A stretch of DNA of 59,185 nucleotides from Candidatus Heimdallarchaeota archaeon (lineage in GTDB: Archaea > Asgardarchaeota > Heimdallarchaeia > Hodarchaeales > Hodarchaeaceae): assembly GCA_020353515.1 (NCBI GenBank), contig CP070695.1, forward strand, positions 1,738,150 to 1,797,334. The letters run 5' to 3'. Both the position numbers and the translations under genes were made by a program. This document shows, one piece after another, positions 1 through 10,927 of this stretch. Numbering within the stretch: position 1 is the first letter of the stretch; each line of letters opens with the position of its first letter. Below the pieces are notes generated by a model. The model did not search any database, was not told the DNA's origin, and saw only the letters and a list, made by a program, of their open reading frames with translations.

Positions 1-333
1 TTGGATGGTTAAAGTATTATAAACTTCTTCTCTAAAGAAAAAAGCTGCGTATATATGTGGATCTTTCTCAATGAATGTATTAGTCAATTCATCACGAATA
101 AAATCATCTTTTGAGATTATTAATAATGGGTATTCTTTCATTAGTTGAGGGAAAGGATAAAAAGGTTGATCGATAATTTTATGTTCAACAAGTTGATCGA
201 TTCTCTCTTTGATCGTATTTCTATGTTTCTGTAACTCTATTGAGAGTTTACTAAGATTGAAATTAACTCCTTTTCCTGAACAAAGTAATCTTAATAACTT
301 GAGATTTGTGACATTTTCCAACATATCATTCAT
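1..333 (-). CDS. Lrp/AsnC-like winged-helix regulator, 5' part (runs off the window start)
   Basis: Not in the ORF track. Manual translation from ATG at 333 is open to base 1: MNDMLENVTNLKLLRLLCSGKGVNFNLSKLSIELQKHRNTIKERIDQLVEHKII..., with an HTH pattern (NLSKLSIELQKHRNTIKERIDQLVEHKII). Divergent from the malic enzyme gene. Confidence 0.65.
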   Translation of the reverse strand, partial: MNDMLENVTNLKLLRLLCSGKGVNFNLSKLSIELQKHRNTIKERIDQLVEHKIIDQPFYPFPQLMKEYPLLIISKDDFIRDELTNTFIEKDPHIYAAFFFREEVYNTLTIQ

Positions 334-601
334 CAATTTCTGGTAACCGATACTCTCCTAAACTTATTAAATTTTTGCTAGGTTACATAATAATAGTTTA
401 ATAATTATGATTCAATTATATTAATGATCTAAAGATAGATTGATCATTTTGTAAAATTAAAGCTATTAGCTATTCATTACAGATTTTTTTGAGAATTAAG
501 TAAAATTTGTCAAGGAGGATTTCTTTTGTTATCGAATATGATACTTAAGTCAAGTATATAGTATTTTTAATGTCATTAATTTTAATATTTTTATACAATA
601 A

Positions 602-620
602 TGTTGTATATTATACAACA
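602..620. promoter_or_regulatory. Perfect 9-1-9 palindrome, candidate operator
   Basis: TGTTGTATA-T-TATACAACA in the divergent intergenic region between the regulator and the malic enzyme/hox operon. An extra TATACAA half-site lies at about 592-598. Confidence 0.5.
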
Positions 621-868
621 AGATTTTAGCCTGGAATATACCCTACAAATACCATTTAGTCCTTTTTTTTCCAGAAATCTTTTTAATTCTGTACATAGGA
701 TTTATTAGTTCAACTTAGTTATGTGTACACGACCAGAAATGTGCAATACAAGCGTCATTGAATTGGTTCTACTATCTTATGGGTTTTCTCCATTTTATTT
801 TATGAAAAATTGAATTTAAGTTTCAAACAAAAGAGAATGAATAAAGAATTTACAAGAAGGTAGCGTTT

Positions 869-2260
869 ATGACAAAAGAAAAATATAATGTTGAAGAACT
901 GCTTAAAAAAGCTGACCTTCCGAACCGTCAGGCTGAAGCATGGCATCCTTTTTATCGAGGAAAAATTGAAATTGTTTCAAAAGTTAAAATTGATAATTTC
1001 GATGATTTTGCCGTCTGGTACACTCCAGGAGTGGCAAGACCTTGTAGAATTATCGAAGAAGAAATAAAAGTAACAAAAAAGTTTAGACCATTTGCAGCAT
1101 ATAACCTGACAAATAAATGGAACAATGTTGCTGTTGTATCGGATGGAAGTAGGGTTCTAGGATTAGGTGATATAGGCCCTGAAGCTGCTATGCCTGTGAT
1201 GGAAGGAAAAGCATTATTATTTAAATATTTGGGAGGAGTGGACGCTTTTCCAGTTTGTTTAGATTGTCATAATGCTGATGAAATAATTACAGCAGTAAAA
1301 TGGTTACAGCCTACTTTTGGGGGAATTAATTTAGAGGATATTTCTCAACCAAAATGCTTCAAAGTTCTTGATACTCTCCGCCGCTCTAAGGACGTTCGAA
1401 TACCTGTATGGCACGATGATCAACAAGGTACTGCAACCATAATTATTGCAGCTATGTTTAACGCATTGAAGTATGTGAATAAAAAATTAGACGAAACCCT
1501 TTTCTCTATGGTTGGAGCGGGAGCAGCAAACATGGCAACTGCTAGAGTTATGGAAGCTGCAGGTATTCCTAAAAAGAATATCATTATGATGGATTCTAAA
1601 GGGATTTTACATCCTGGAAGACGTGACATCGAACGAAAAAAACACAAGTTTAAATTAAAGTGGGATATGTGCATTAATTCTAATGGTGAGGAAAGAGACG
1701 GAGATATACCTACTGGAATGAAGGATACTGACATTGTAATCGCAGCCAGTAAACCGGGTCCTAGAACAATAGAACCAAAGTGGATCCAAACAATGACAAA
1801 TGATCCAATTGTGTTTGCTTGTGCAAATCCTATACCAGAGATATGGCCTTGGGAAGCAAAGGAGTCAGGCGCGATTATAGTAGCTACTGGACGATCTGAT
1901 TTTCCAAATCAAGTAAATAATAGTTTAGGATTTCCTGGAATCTTTCGTGGAACACTAGACGTTATGGGGATCACTATTACGGATGGTATGTGCATTGCTG
2001 CAGCAGAAGAATTAGCAAAAACAGCTGAAAAGAAAGAATTATCAGCTGACTACATCATACCTAGCATGGATGAGTGGGAGGTTTTTCCCCGAGAAGCTGT
2101 AGCTGTTGGACAACAAGCAATCAAAGAAGGGGGTGCAAGACTTAAACTAACTCGCCAAGAAGCATTTGAAAGAGCTGAAACACTGATTAGGCGAGCTAGA
2201 AAGCAAACACATTCATTAATGGATTTAGGATTTATATTGAAACCCCCACAAGTTAGCTAA
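869..2260 (+). CDS. NAD(P)-dependent malic enzyme
   Basis: Motifs YTPGVA, VVSDGSRVLGLGDIG, PVMEGKALLFK, FGGINLEDI, HDDQQGT, GAGAA, ATGRSDFPNQVNN. Confidence 0.95.
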   Translation: MTKEKYNVEELLKKADLPNRQAEAWHPFYRGKIEIVSKVKIDNFDDFAVWYTPGVARPCRIIEEEIKVTKKFRPFAAYNLTNKWNNVAVVSDGSRVLGLGDIGPEAAMPVMEGKALLFKYLGGVDAFPVCLDCHNADEIITAVKWLQPTFGGINLEDISQPKCFKVLDTLRRSKDVRIPVWHDDQQGTATIIIAAMFNALKYVNKKLDETLFSMVGAGAANMATARVMEAAGIPKKNIIMMDSKGILHPGRRDIERKKHKFKLKWDMCINSNGEERDGDIPTGMKDTDIVIAASKPGPRTIEPKWIQTMTNDPIVFACANPIPEIWPWEAKESGAIIVATGRSDFPNQVNNSLGFPGIFRGTLDVMGITITDGMCIAAAEELAKTAEKKELSADYIIPSMDEWEVFPREAVAVGQQAIKEGGARLKLTRQEAFERAETLIRRARKQTHSLMDLGFILKPPQVS

Positions 2261-2281
2261 TACTAGAAAACGATTAATCTG

Positions 2282-2791
2282 GTGATAATGTTGGTCATGG
2301 TAAGAGAACAAAAAGCAGATGAAAATGAAGTAGATGATCGTTGGCGATTAATTGAACGCACAATGCGAAAACATGGTTACCAACCTTCAGGTTTAATTGA
2401 AATACTACATAAATTACAAGAAATATATGGTTATTTAGAAAGGGAATCTTTAAAGAAGATTGCAACCTCTCTAAAAGTTCCATTAAGTAATATATATGGT
2501 GTAGCGTCTTTTTATCACTATTTTTCTCTGAAACCACGTGGAGAACATCAGTGTGTCGTGTGTCTTGGAACAGCTTGTTATATTAAAGGTTCTCAAGCTA
2601 TAGTATCAGAACTAGAAAAAATTTTGGAAATTAAAGCTGGAAAGACCACTCCAGATAAAAAAGTTTCATTGCTATCTGCACGATGTCTGGGTTCTTGTGG
2701 TCTTGCTCCAGCGGGAGTATTTGATGGAGAAGTTATAGCAAATTTAAGCAATGATAAGGCTAAAAAAAAGATAAAAGAGTGGTTTGAATGA
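2282..2791 (+). CDS. hoxE: Bidirectional hydrogenase diaphorase 2Fe-2S subunit (NuoE-like)
   Basis: CLGTAC and CLGSC 2Fe-2S motifs, IYGVASFY, first gene of the EFUYH order. The start may be ATG 2297. Confidence 0.9.
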   Translation: MIMLVMVREQKADENEVDDRWRLIERTMRKHGYQPSGLIEILHKLQEIYGYLERESLKKIATSLKVPLSNIYGVASFYHYFSLKPRGEHQCVVCLGTACYIKGSQAIVSELEKILEIKAGKTTPDKKVSLLSARCLGSCGLAPAGVFDGEVIANLSNDKAKKKIKEWFE

Positions 2792-4431
2792 CACATCCAG
2801 ATATTTTTAAGATTGCAGACAATCGAAAAAAATCTGAGAAAAATTATACAGAAAAAATACATGTATGCTATGCAGCGGGTTGTCTTTCTGCTAGAAGTGA
2901 TGCTGTAAAAGAATCTATAATCAAGGCAATCGAAAATAAGAAAGGGGTATATCTAGTTAAGGAAGTTGGATGTCTTGGTCTATGTGCTAAAGGTCCCTTA
3001 GTTTCTTTCCAATCAAAAGGAGAAATTTACCATACTGTAACTCCTGAAAACGCGAAAGAAATTATAGACAATTTGAATACAGACAAATTAAAACACAGAA
3101 AATTTTCGTCAGAATTTCCTTTTCTAAGACGCCAGAAAAAAATTGTGCTTGAAAATATGGGAATTATAGATCCAGAAGATATAGAAGATTACATTAGACA
3201 CGGGGGTTACAAAGCGCTGGATAAAGTTCTTTATACAATGACCCCATCTGGAGTTATTCGAGAGGTTATAAAAAGTAATCTTCGTGGGAGAGGAGGAGCT
3301 GGATATCCCACTGGTCTTAAATGGACAACAGTTTCAAAAGCTGGTGGTGCTAAGAAATTTATTATTTGTAATGCAGATGAAGGGGATCCTGGGGCTTTTA
3401 TGGATCGAAGTATTTTGGAAGGGGATCCTCATAAAGTTATTGAAGGTATTATCATTGCCGGTTTTGCTGTAGGTGCGACACAAGGGTACATTTATATTAG
3501 ATCAGAATACCCATTAGCTGCTCATCGGTTAGAAATTGCACTTAAACAAGCTAGAAAATATGGGCTTTTAGGGAAAGAAATTCTGCATTCAACATTTTCC
3601 TTCGATATAAATTTACGTATGGGTGCTGGGGCTTTTGTTTGTGGTGAAGAAACAGGCTTAATTGCCTCTGTAGAAGGCCGACGTGGTACTCCAAGACCTA
3701 GACCTCCTTATCCTGCACAGGAAGGATTGTGGAGATATTCTACCTTAATAAATAATGTCGAAACCTTTGCTAATATATCTCCTATTATTCTTAATGGGGG
3801 AGAATGGTACGCTTCAATTGGAACAGAGTCAAGTAAAGGCACAAAAGTATTTGCTCTAGCTGGCCGAATTAATAATACTGGTTTAATTGAAGTTCCCATG
3901 GGTATAACACTTCGTGAAATCGTTTATGACATTGGTGGTGGAATACCAGATGGTAAAAAGTTTAAAGCAATACAAACGGGAGGACCATCTGGTGGATGCA
4001 TTCCTGAGCAGTTTCTTGATATGACTGTTGACTATGAGTCTTTAAAAGAGGTTGGCGCGATAATGGGATCTGGAGGGATGATTATCATTGATGAAACATC
4101 CTGCATGGTCGATGTTGCTCGATTCTTCTTGGAATTTTGTATGAGTGAATCATGTGGTAAGTGTATTTCCTGTAGAGTCGGTACAGCACAAATGTATCAC
4201 ATACTGATGAAAATATGCTTGGGTCGAGGAACCAACTCGGACTTAAAGCAGCTAGAAGAACTCTGTGATTATATTACTAATTCAAGTTTATGCGGTCTAG
4301 GTCAAACAGCTCCTAATCCTGTAAGAAGTACATTACGTTATTTTAAGGATGAATATAATGCTCACATAATGGAAAAGAAGTGTCCAGCTGGTGTTTGTGA
4401 AATAAAAAAAGAAATGGAGAATACCGAATGA
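2788..4431 (+). CDS. hoxF: Diaphorase FMN/NAD-binding subunit (NuoF-like)
   Basis: N-terminal thioredoxin-like 2Fe-2S domain, [58 protein letters not shown] overlap with hoxE. Confidence 0.95.
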   Translation: MTHPDIFKIADNRKKSEKNYTEKIHVCYAAGCLSARSDAVKESIIKAIENKKGVYLVKEVGCLGLCAKGPLVSFQSKGEIYHTVTPENAKEIIDNLNTDKLKHRKFSSEFPFLRRQKKIVLENMGIIDPEDIEDYIRHGGYKALDKVLYTMTPSGVIREVIKSNLRGRGGAGYPTGLKWTTVSKAGGAKKFIICNADEGDPGAFMDRSILEGDPHKVIEGIIIAGFAVGATQGYIYIRSEYPLAAHRLEIALKQARKYGLLGKEILHSTFSFDINLRMGAGAFVCGEETGLIASVEGRRGTPRPRPPYPAQEGLWRYSTLINNVETFANISPIILNGGEWYASIGTESSKGTKVFALAGRINNTGLIEVPMGITLREIVYDIGGGIPDGKKFKAIQTGGPSGGCIPEQFLDMTVDYESLKEVGAIMGSGGMIIIDETSCMVDVARFFLEFCMSESCGKCISCRVGTAQMYHILMKICLGRGTNSDLKQLEELCDYITNSSLCGLGQTAPNPVRSTLRYFKDEYNAHIMEKKCPAGVCEIKKEMENTE

Positions 4432-5156
4432 GACAAAAAGTAGAAATAAAGACTTTAATAATTGATGGACATCATGTAGCAGGCCGTGAAAACGAAACAA
4501 TACTTGAACTTGCTTTGGAAAATAGAATTTATATTCCAACTTTGTGTCATATTGAAGGACTTTCATCGATTGGCGCCTGTCGTCTCTGTCTTGTCGAGAT
4601 TAAAGGAAATTCCAAGTTAATACCTGCTTGTATGACTAAAATCGAAGAAGGAATGGAAGTAATAACTAATTCTGAGCATATTCAGAAATATCGTATAAAA
4701 ACATTAGAACTTCTATTTTCAGAACGTAATCATATCTGTTCTGTTTGTGTATCTAATCGTCACTGTGAACTTCAGGATTTAGCTCAAAAATTGGGGATGT
4801 CCAATGTCTCATACCATTACCGTCATCCTCGACTATATGTTGATTCTTCACACGAAAGATACGTACTAGATCATAACCGTTGCATTTTATGCGCCAGATG
4901 CGTACGTGCTTGTGATGAGATAGAGGGAGCACATACTTTAGATATAATGAGGCGTGGTATTGAATCTCGAATCATTGTTGATTTCAACCAAAGATGGGGA
5001 GATTCTGAAACTTGCACAGGATGTGGTAAATGTGTACATGTGTGTCCCACAGGCGCTTTATCTGATAAAGGAAGTTCTGTTTCTGAAATGCAAAAAAGAA
5101 GGGAATTTTTACCTTATTTACAAGTAATGCGTGAATCACATAATAGAGGGTTCTGA
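4428..5156 (+). CDS. hoxU: Diaphorase Fe-S subunit (NuoG N-terminal-like)
   Basis: [48 protein letters not shown]. Confidence 0.95.
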   Translation: MRQKVEIKTLIIDGHHVAGRENETILELALENRIYIPTLCHIEGLSSIGACRLCLVEIKGNSKLIPACMTKIEEGMEVITNSEHIQKYRIKTLELLFSERNHICSVCVSNRHCELQDLAQKLGMSNVSYHYRHPRLYVDSSHERYVLDHNRCILCARCVRACDEIEGAHTLDIMRRGIESRIIVDFNQRWGDSETCTGCGKCVHVCPTGALSDKGSSVSEMQKRREFLPYLQVMRESHNRGF

Positions 5157-5159
5157 TTA

Positions 5160-5696
5160 ATGTCAAAAAAAATACGACTCGCAACAGCATGGTTAGATGG
5201 ATGTTCAGGATGTCACATGTCCTTATTGGATATGGATGAATCAATAGTTGATCTAGCACCGAAGATAGATCTTATTTATAGTCCTATGGTAGACTATAAA
5301 TTTGACGAGATACCTAACAAAATTGATATTACATTAGTAGAAGGTGCTATCGGAAATGAGCATGATTTGAAGGAACTCAGAACATTACGTTCAAAATCAA
5401 AGCTCTTAATAGCGGTAGGTGATTGTGCGGTTACAGGAAATATTCCCAGCATGCGAAATTACTTCAAATCTCAAACAGTACTGAACCGAGCGTATGTGGA
5501 AAATACAGATCACAATCCCCAAATTCCTGAACAAAATGTACCTAAATTAATTGAAGTTTTACCTCTACACCATGAGGTTAACGTGGATTTATTTATTCAA
5601 GGATGCCCCCCTCCTTCAAATATCATACAATATGTTTTGACAGAACTTATTGGAGGACGAATTCCAAACCTTAAATGTAAACAGACATTTGGATAG
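5160..5696 (+). CDS. hoxY: [NiFe] hydrogenase small subunit
   Basis: WLDGCSGCHMS, VEGAI, GDCAVTGN, GCPP. Short single-cluster small subunit typical of HoxY. Confidence 0.93.
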   Translation: MSKKIRLATAWLDGCSGCHMSLLDMDESIVDLAPKIDLIYSPMVDYKFDEIPNKIDITLVEGAIGNEHDLKELRTLRSKSKLLIAVGDCAVTGNIPSMRNYFKSQTVLNRAYVENTDHNPQIPEQNVPKLIEVLPLHHEVNVDLFIQGCPPPSNIIQYVLTELIGGRIPNLKCKQTFG

Positions 5697-5707
5697 GAGG
5701 AACGTTT

Positions 5708-7132
5708 GTGACAAAAACAATAACAATTGACCCAGTAACAAGAATTGAAGGGCATGGAAAAGTTACTATTTATTTAGATGATAATGGTACTGTAAATGAT
5801 GCACGATTTCATGTTACACAAATCCGAGGATTTGAAAAATTTTGTGAGGGTCGTCCTTTTCATGAAATGCCTTCGATTACTGCAAGAATTTGTGGTATAT
5901 GCCCTGTTAGTCATCTTATAGCATCTAGTAAGGCATGTGATGACATTTTAGCCGTGAAAATACCTGAAACAGGAGCAAAACTCAGACGATTACTGAATCT
6001 TGCTCAGTTTGTACAATCTCATGCATTGAGCTTTTTCTACCTTTCAAGTCCTGATTTATTTCTAGGAATGAAAACTAAGAAAGAAATGAGGAATATATTT
6101 GGTATTCTAGAAGCTTACCCCGCTTTAGCTAAAGATGGGATTAAATTACGAAAGTTTGGGCAGCAGATAATTGAAAAAATCGCCGGAAAAAGAATTCATC
6201 CACCATGGGTAGTTCCAGGAGGGGTTACTGATCCTCTAACACTAGAAAAGCGAGATGAAATTCTTAACACGATTCCAGAAGCTAAAGATATAATTAGAAA
6301 AACTCTAGATCGGTACAAAAAAGAAAATATCAAACTTTTAGAGGAAAATGAATCATATGGTGACTTTTCTACAAATTATTTAGGCTTAACAAGTAAAAAT
6401 CTTGGTCTGGAGCTATATGATGGATTTCTGTCAATTATTGATTCGAATCGAAAATTCATAATTGATCGTATAAATCCTAGATCTTATAAGGATCACATTG
6501 GAGAAGCAGTTGAACCTTGGTCTTATCTAAAATTTCCTTATTATAAAGGTGAGGGGTACCCAAAAGGGATATACAGAGTTGGCCCATTAGCTCGACTCAA
6601 TTTAGTCACTCATTGTGGAACTCCAGAAGCGGATATTGAGTTAGAAGAGTTTAAATCAATGAATAAAAAACCAATAGAAGGTAACTTTCATACTCATTAT
6701 GCACGGTTAATAGAAATTTTATTTGGCATCGAAAAAATTGAAGACATATTGAATGATCCAGAGGTCACAAGTAATCGGATTCGGGCGTATGCAGGAGTCA
6801 ATAAACTAGAGGGTATAGGTGTATCTGAGGCACCGAGAGGAACTTTAATCCATCATTATAAAGTGAATGAAGAAGGCAACATCACTTGGGTGAATTTGAT
6901 CATTGCAACGGCTCATAACAATTTAGCAATGAATAAAGCCATATTACAAGTTGCCCAGAGATATATAAAAGGTTTAGAAGTACCCAAGAACATTTTAAAT
7001 CGCGTTGAAGCAGTTATTAGAACTTTTGACCCATGTTTAAGTTGCTCAACTCATGCTATTAGTAAAATGCCCCTTCAAATTCAATTAGTTAGTTCCCGAG
7101 GCAAAATTATTCACGAAATGAGAAGAATTTGA
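5708..7132 (+). CDS. hoxH: [NiFe] hydrogenase large subunit (group 3d-like)
   Basis: TRIEGH, RICGICPVSH (L1), EAPRGTLIHHY, DPCLSCSTH (L2) followed by a 25-aa C-terminal extension. GGAGG RBS. Confidence 0.95.
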   Translation: MTKTITIDPVTRIEGHGKVTIYLDDNGTVNDARFHVTQIRGFEKFCEGRPFHEMPSITARICGICPVSHLIASSKACDDILAVKIPETGAKLRRLLNLAQFVQSHALSFFYLSSPDLFLGMKTKKEMRNIFGILEAYPALAKDGIKLRKFGQQIIEKIAGKRIHPPWVVPGGVTDPLTLEKRDEILNTIPEAKDIIRKTLDRYKKENIKLLEENESYGDFSTNYLGLTSKNLGLELYDGFLSIIDSNRKFIIDRINPRSYKDHIGEAVEPWSYLKFPYYKGEGYPKGIYRVGPLARLNLVTHCGTPEADIELEEFKSMNKKPIEGNFHTHYARLIEILFGIEKIEDILNDPEVTSNRIRAYAGVNKLEGIGVSEAPRGTLIHHYKVNEEGNITWVNLIIATAHNNLAMNKAILQVAQRYIKGLEVPKNILNRVEAVIRTFDPCLSCSTHAISKMPLQIQLVSSRGKIIHEMRRI

Positions 7133-7194
7133 TAGAAATCTGGCTAAGAAATTTAATTCTAATCTATTAAAACAAGGTAATATCCAAACGAATT

Positions 7195-7656
7195 TTAAAA
7201 AGAAATAGTAAATTGACAAGTATTAGCTCCTCGTAAAATTGTCTGTTCTATGGTTACTGTTACTGGTTGCCCGAGAATTGCCTCAAAATTCTCCATTAAC
7301 CAATTTGGAGAGCATTCACAGATGAGAGGGGACTCTACTAACCCAGATCTTACAAGAGGGCATTTACACTTAGAATAGGAAACTGATAAAGTGTTATTAT
7401 CCAATTTCGTATAGATTTTCTCACCCACAACCTCATTGATCTTTACAATAAAGTTATCAAGATTTTTAGTGGTTTCCCAAATTTCCCAAAACGTTTCACC
7501 AGAATGTACATGAGCACAAGCTCGACCAGTCATTTCCAGCACATTGGGCCATGTCTCACCATTTATCCTTTCTACGCCTGCCATAAGACCTGAAAACCAC
7601 TCTTTTAAGAACTTCTTTAGCTCATCATTCCACTCAAAGTGGTCGTCTTTGGCCAA
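7195..7656 (-). CDS. Cys-containing V4R-like (DUF6144-like) hypothetical protein
   Basis: GRACA, KCKCPLV, CECS, TILRGANTCQFTI pattern. Confidence 0.6.
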   Translation of the reverse strand: MAKDDHFEWNDELKKFLKEWFSGLMAGVERINGETWPNVLEMTGRACAHVHSGETFWEIWETTKNLDNFIVKINEVVGEKIYTKLDNNTLSVSYSKCKCPLVRSGLVESPLICECSPNWLMENFEAILGQPVTVTIEQTILRGANTCQFTISF

Positions 7657-7688
7657 TGATAACCCACCTGTTGATTAAACCTCTAGGG

Positions 7689-8108
7689 TCATTCTCTACA
7701 AACACAAGGAAGAGTTAGACAATCTGCTAAGATAGGTTCTGCTCCGTTGATATCAAGGTCATCTCTACTGATTTTACCACCAATAGCTTTACTCAAGAGT
7801 TCTAGAAAATTATCCGTTTCATAAGGACCAGATTTTAGAAGTTCTGAGAACAAAAACATTTCGATCTTTCGAAGTTCATTTGCTACGTCACAAACAGAGT
7901 AACATCCACTCTCAATTTGCGTTCGACTCATTCTTAGTAGATTTACCATCCCTGATGGAACAGAATTACCTTGACGATATAATCTACTCATGGTTGAGGC
8001 GAGTACGGCCCATTTCCAACCAAATCTCGAAAGCATCTCTTCTATTTCAGCTTTTGTTTTGTTAATATCCCTACTTTTATTGTTCATCTTAACTGATAAT
8101 TGGCTCAT
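7689..8108 (-). CDS. Conserved archaeal protein, DUF2096-like
   Basis: WAVLAS...RQGNSVP...LRMSRTQI...ELRKIEMFLFS resembles DUF2096. Cys-rich tail CLTLPCVC. Confidence 0.5.
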   Translation of the reverse strand: MSQLSVKMNNKSRDINKTKAEIEEMLSRFGWKWAVLASTMSRLYRQGNSVPSGMVNLLRMSRTQIESGCYSVCDVANELRKIEMFLFSELLKSGPYETDNFLELLSKAIGGKISRDDLDINGAEPILADCLTLPCVCRE

Positions 8109-8379
8109 TGTATTTCCACTCTAGATACAATCAAATTATATTTTAAAAGTTTTTCCATTTTTTAAGTTTTTATTATATTTATAATGAGAAATTGCTTTTA
8201 TTTTAATTGCTTGAAACGAAGCCAAAAAATATATCCTAGGATGACTGAATTATTTTTAGTAGGGACATAAATAAATAGAAGAAATTGAGTGACAATAGAA
8301 GAAAGATCTATTAATTTTGAAATAACACTTATTATTACACAATTAGGATTCCTTCATGGAGGATAGTTAAGAGCAAGTG

Positions 8380-9390
8380 TCAATTAACTATGTTCTGACT
8401 ACCCCCTGATATAAATGCTAAAATATTTTCAGTGGTTGTATCAAGAATTCTTTCTAGTGCTTCTTGACTATAAAAAGCGATATGTGGGGTAAAAACAACA
8501 TTATCTTTACTTAATAAGATCTGGTCTTTTACAAGATTCGCCAAATTTTCCAAGTTTTCAGGATCATAAACAAGTCGTGTCTCCTCTAGCAATAATTCTT
8601 CTCCCTCTAGAACATCGAGGCCTACACCTGACAAGATTTTTTCATCTATCGCTTCTATAATTGCCTCTGTATCTACTACACCTCCACGAGCAGTGTTAAT
8701 AAGAATGGCCCCTTTCTTTATCATTCTCACATTTTCTTTGTTTATAAGATGATGAGTGGATTTGTTATATGGCACATGTAAAGTAATAATATCGGATTTT
8801 TCTAGAATATCTTTGAATGGAACATATTCAAATCCGAGTACTTCAGCTAGAAAGCTATCTTGTTTAATATCGTAAGCTAAGACTTTCATTCCAAATGCTT
8901 TAGCAACTCTGATAACATGAAGTCCAATGTGACCAGCACCAACAACTCCAATTGTTTTTCCTTTCAGATCAAACCCTTTTAATCCCTTAATTGAAAAATC
9001 ATTTCTTAGTGTTCGTAAATAGCTCTTGTGAATATTTCGTGTCAACGAAAGTATTAGTCCGAAAGTGTGTTCTGCAATAGTATTTTCACCATAATAAGGC
9101 ACATTGGATACGGTAATTTCCCTTTTATTACAATCAATCACATCAATGTGATCAAATCCAGTACTTCGGGTAGCAATCAATTTCAAATTTGGACACAAAT
9201 CAAGAACTTCTTTGGTGATCTTAGAGTAGATAAAAACTGATATAACATCGTATTTTTGTATTTTATCAACATTTTCAATATTCAAAGGTTCTTTAATGAA
9301 TTTTAGATCGTGTTTTTTCATCTTCTCTTGTAAATAGTCTTTTTCCCATTCCTTTATCTCAAAAAATGCGATTCTCACAGTTTTTACCAA
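8380..9390 (-). CDS. D-2-hydroxyacid (D-lactate-type) dehydrogenase
   Basis: RSTGFDHID, GAGHIG, LINTARGGVVD, GLDVLEGE, TPHIAF. Confidence 0.92.
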   Translation of the reverse strand: MVKTVRIAFFEIKEWEKDYLQEKMKKHDLKFIKEPLNIENVDKIQKYDVISVFIYSKITKEVLDLCPNLKLIATRSTGFDHIDVIDCNKREITVSNVPYYGENTIAEHTFGLILSLTRNIHKSYLRTLRNDFSIKGLKGFDLKGKTIGVVGAGHIGLHVIRVAKAFGMKVLAYDIKQDSFLAEVLGFEYVPFKDILEKSDIITLHVPYNKSTHHLINKENVRMIKKGAILINTARGGVVDTEAIIEAIDEKILSGVGLDVLEGEELLLEETRLVYDPENLENLANLVKDQILLSKDNVVFTPHIAFYSQEALERILDTTTENILAFISGGSQNIVN

Positions 9391-9416
9391 CTTAATACCT
9401 AAAAAAAGGGTTTATC

Positions 9417-10457
9417 CTACTTTAAGGAATTAACTCCTCCAAGTGCGATGAAAGCTTTCATAGCTGCCGCACTCGCCTGAGCTAATGAATATTGAGTATC
9501 TTTTGGCCCACTGGCGTTTCCTGCGATAAAAATTCTTTCCTGTCCCAACGCAGAAACATCATCTTCCCTTGAAACAGCGAAAAATCCTGTTTTTTCATCT
9601 TTTGTAATCCCAAGAATCTTTCCTAATTCATCACTTCCCTCTGTTGGTTCCGCCCCTATGGAAAGTACAGCGATATCTGTTTCGTGAAGGACAAATTCTT
9701 GTGTAATTGTGTTTTCTACTTGAATTTTAACATTATGGGTATCTAGCTCCTCAAAGACCATTGAAGGCTTTCCCCTGAGAAATTTTACCCCTAATTCTCG
9801 GGCTTCTTGATAAAGACTCTCGTAGCTTGAGAATGTCCTCATATCCATATACATTATTGTAACATCAATTTTCTTATCTATTTCCTTAACCATTTTAGCA
9901 AGATGAACTGTGTAAGTACAACAAAATGAAGAACAATATTCATTCGTCTTTTTATCTCTTGAACCAACACAAGTAATAAATGTAACGCTTTTAGGAAGGG
10001 TTTCATCTGACGGACGTTTCAGATTTTGACCATTTCTGAGCATTTGCACCAGCTCAAGTGAATCTATGACATTTTGAATTTTTCCTTGGCCGTAGTTTGG
10101 AATTCTCGAACCATCAAATGGAGCATAACCTATTGCAACTACTATCGCTTCAACTTTGAATGAAGTCCCATTAGGCTCTAAAATAACTTCAAAACCATCC
10201 TCTACTTTTGTTACGGACTTCATTTGAGTTTTTGTGAATATTTTAACATTTTGAAGAGATTTAAGGGTTTGGAGGTACTTTTTGAGGTAAGTCCGTGCGT
10301 CAACACCATCAGGAAAAGTTGATCCTAACTTTTTAAAAGTTCCACCAAGTTTTTCTGCACGCTCTACAATTATTGTTTCAATTCCTATCTGGCCGAGATT
10401 TAAAGCTGCTTTTATTCCGCTTAATCCGCCACCAATGACCAAAGCTCTTTTTGACAT
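9417..10457 (-). CDS. hdrA: Short HdrA-like flavoprotein (FAD domain, no ferredoxin inserts)
   Basis: GGGLSG, CVGSRD, YCSSFCC, YMDMRTF, AGNASGPKD. No CxxCxxC motifs. Confidence 0.8.
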   Translation of the reverse strand: MSKRALVIGGGLSGIKAALNLGQIGIETIIVERAEKLGGTFKKLGSTFPDGVDARTYLKKYLQTLKSLQNVKIFTKTQMKSVTKVEDGFEVILEPNGTSFKVEAIVVAIGYAPFDGSRIPNYGQGKIQNVIDSLELVQMLRNGQNLKRPSDETLPKSVTFITCVGSRDKKTNEYCSSFCCTYTVHLAKMVKEIDKKIDVTIMYMDMRTFSSYESLYQEARELGVKFLRGKPSMVFEELDTHNVKIQVENTITQEFVLHETDIAVLSIGAEPTEGSDELGKILGITKDEKTGFFAVSREDDVSALGQERIFIAGNASGPKDTQYSLAQASAAAMKAFIALGGVNSLK

Positions 10458-10463
10458 TCTTCT

Positions 10464-10910
10464 TCACCCATTGGTACTTCCAGTTTTAATTGGCCCTAGC
10501 TCTCGTATCTGTTGAGTGAATTCTGTCATTATCTGGGCAAATCTTTTACCTTCAGATGCAGAAATCCATTCAAGACGAAGGCGATCAGCTTCCCATCCGA
10601 GTATTTGTAGGGCTTTAATGGTGTTATTAATACGTTCTTCAGCCCGAATGTTTCCCTCCAAATAATGGCAATCACCAGGGTGGCAGCCTGCAACGAGGAC
10701 TCCATCGGCTCCTTTAATAAAGGCCTTAAGTATGAATGCAGAATCCACACGACCAGAACACATTACCCGTACAATTCGGATATTACTTGGATACTTAAGA
10801 CGTGAAACACCAGCTAAATCAGCACCAGCATAACTGCACCAATTACAAGCAAATATAATAATTGTAGGCTCAAAAATACTTGATACTGGTTTTATTTCGA
10901 CTTGAGTCAT
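10464..10910 (-). CDS. mvhD: MvhD/FlpD 2Fe-2S subunit
   Basis: FACNWCSYAGADLAG, RVMCSGRVD, GCHPGDCHY, WISASEG. Confidence 0.95.
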   Translation of the reverse strand: MTQVEIKPVSSIFEPTIIIFACNWCSYAGADLAGVSRLKYPSNIRIVRVMCSGRVDSAFILKAFIKGADGVLVAGCHPGDCHYLEGNIRAEERINNTIKALQILGWEADRLRLEWISASEGKRFAQIMTEFTQQIRELGPIKTGSTNG

Positions 10911-10927
10911 TTTGATATCTCCTTATT

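Noticed and set aside
5154-5162. hoxU TGA followed in frame by TTA ATG of hoxY (possible readthrough or Sec fusion)
   Set aside because: Both proteins are full length as separate genes, the TGA is not at a conserved Cys position, and same-frame spacing occurs by chance one time in three.
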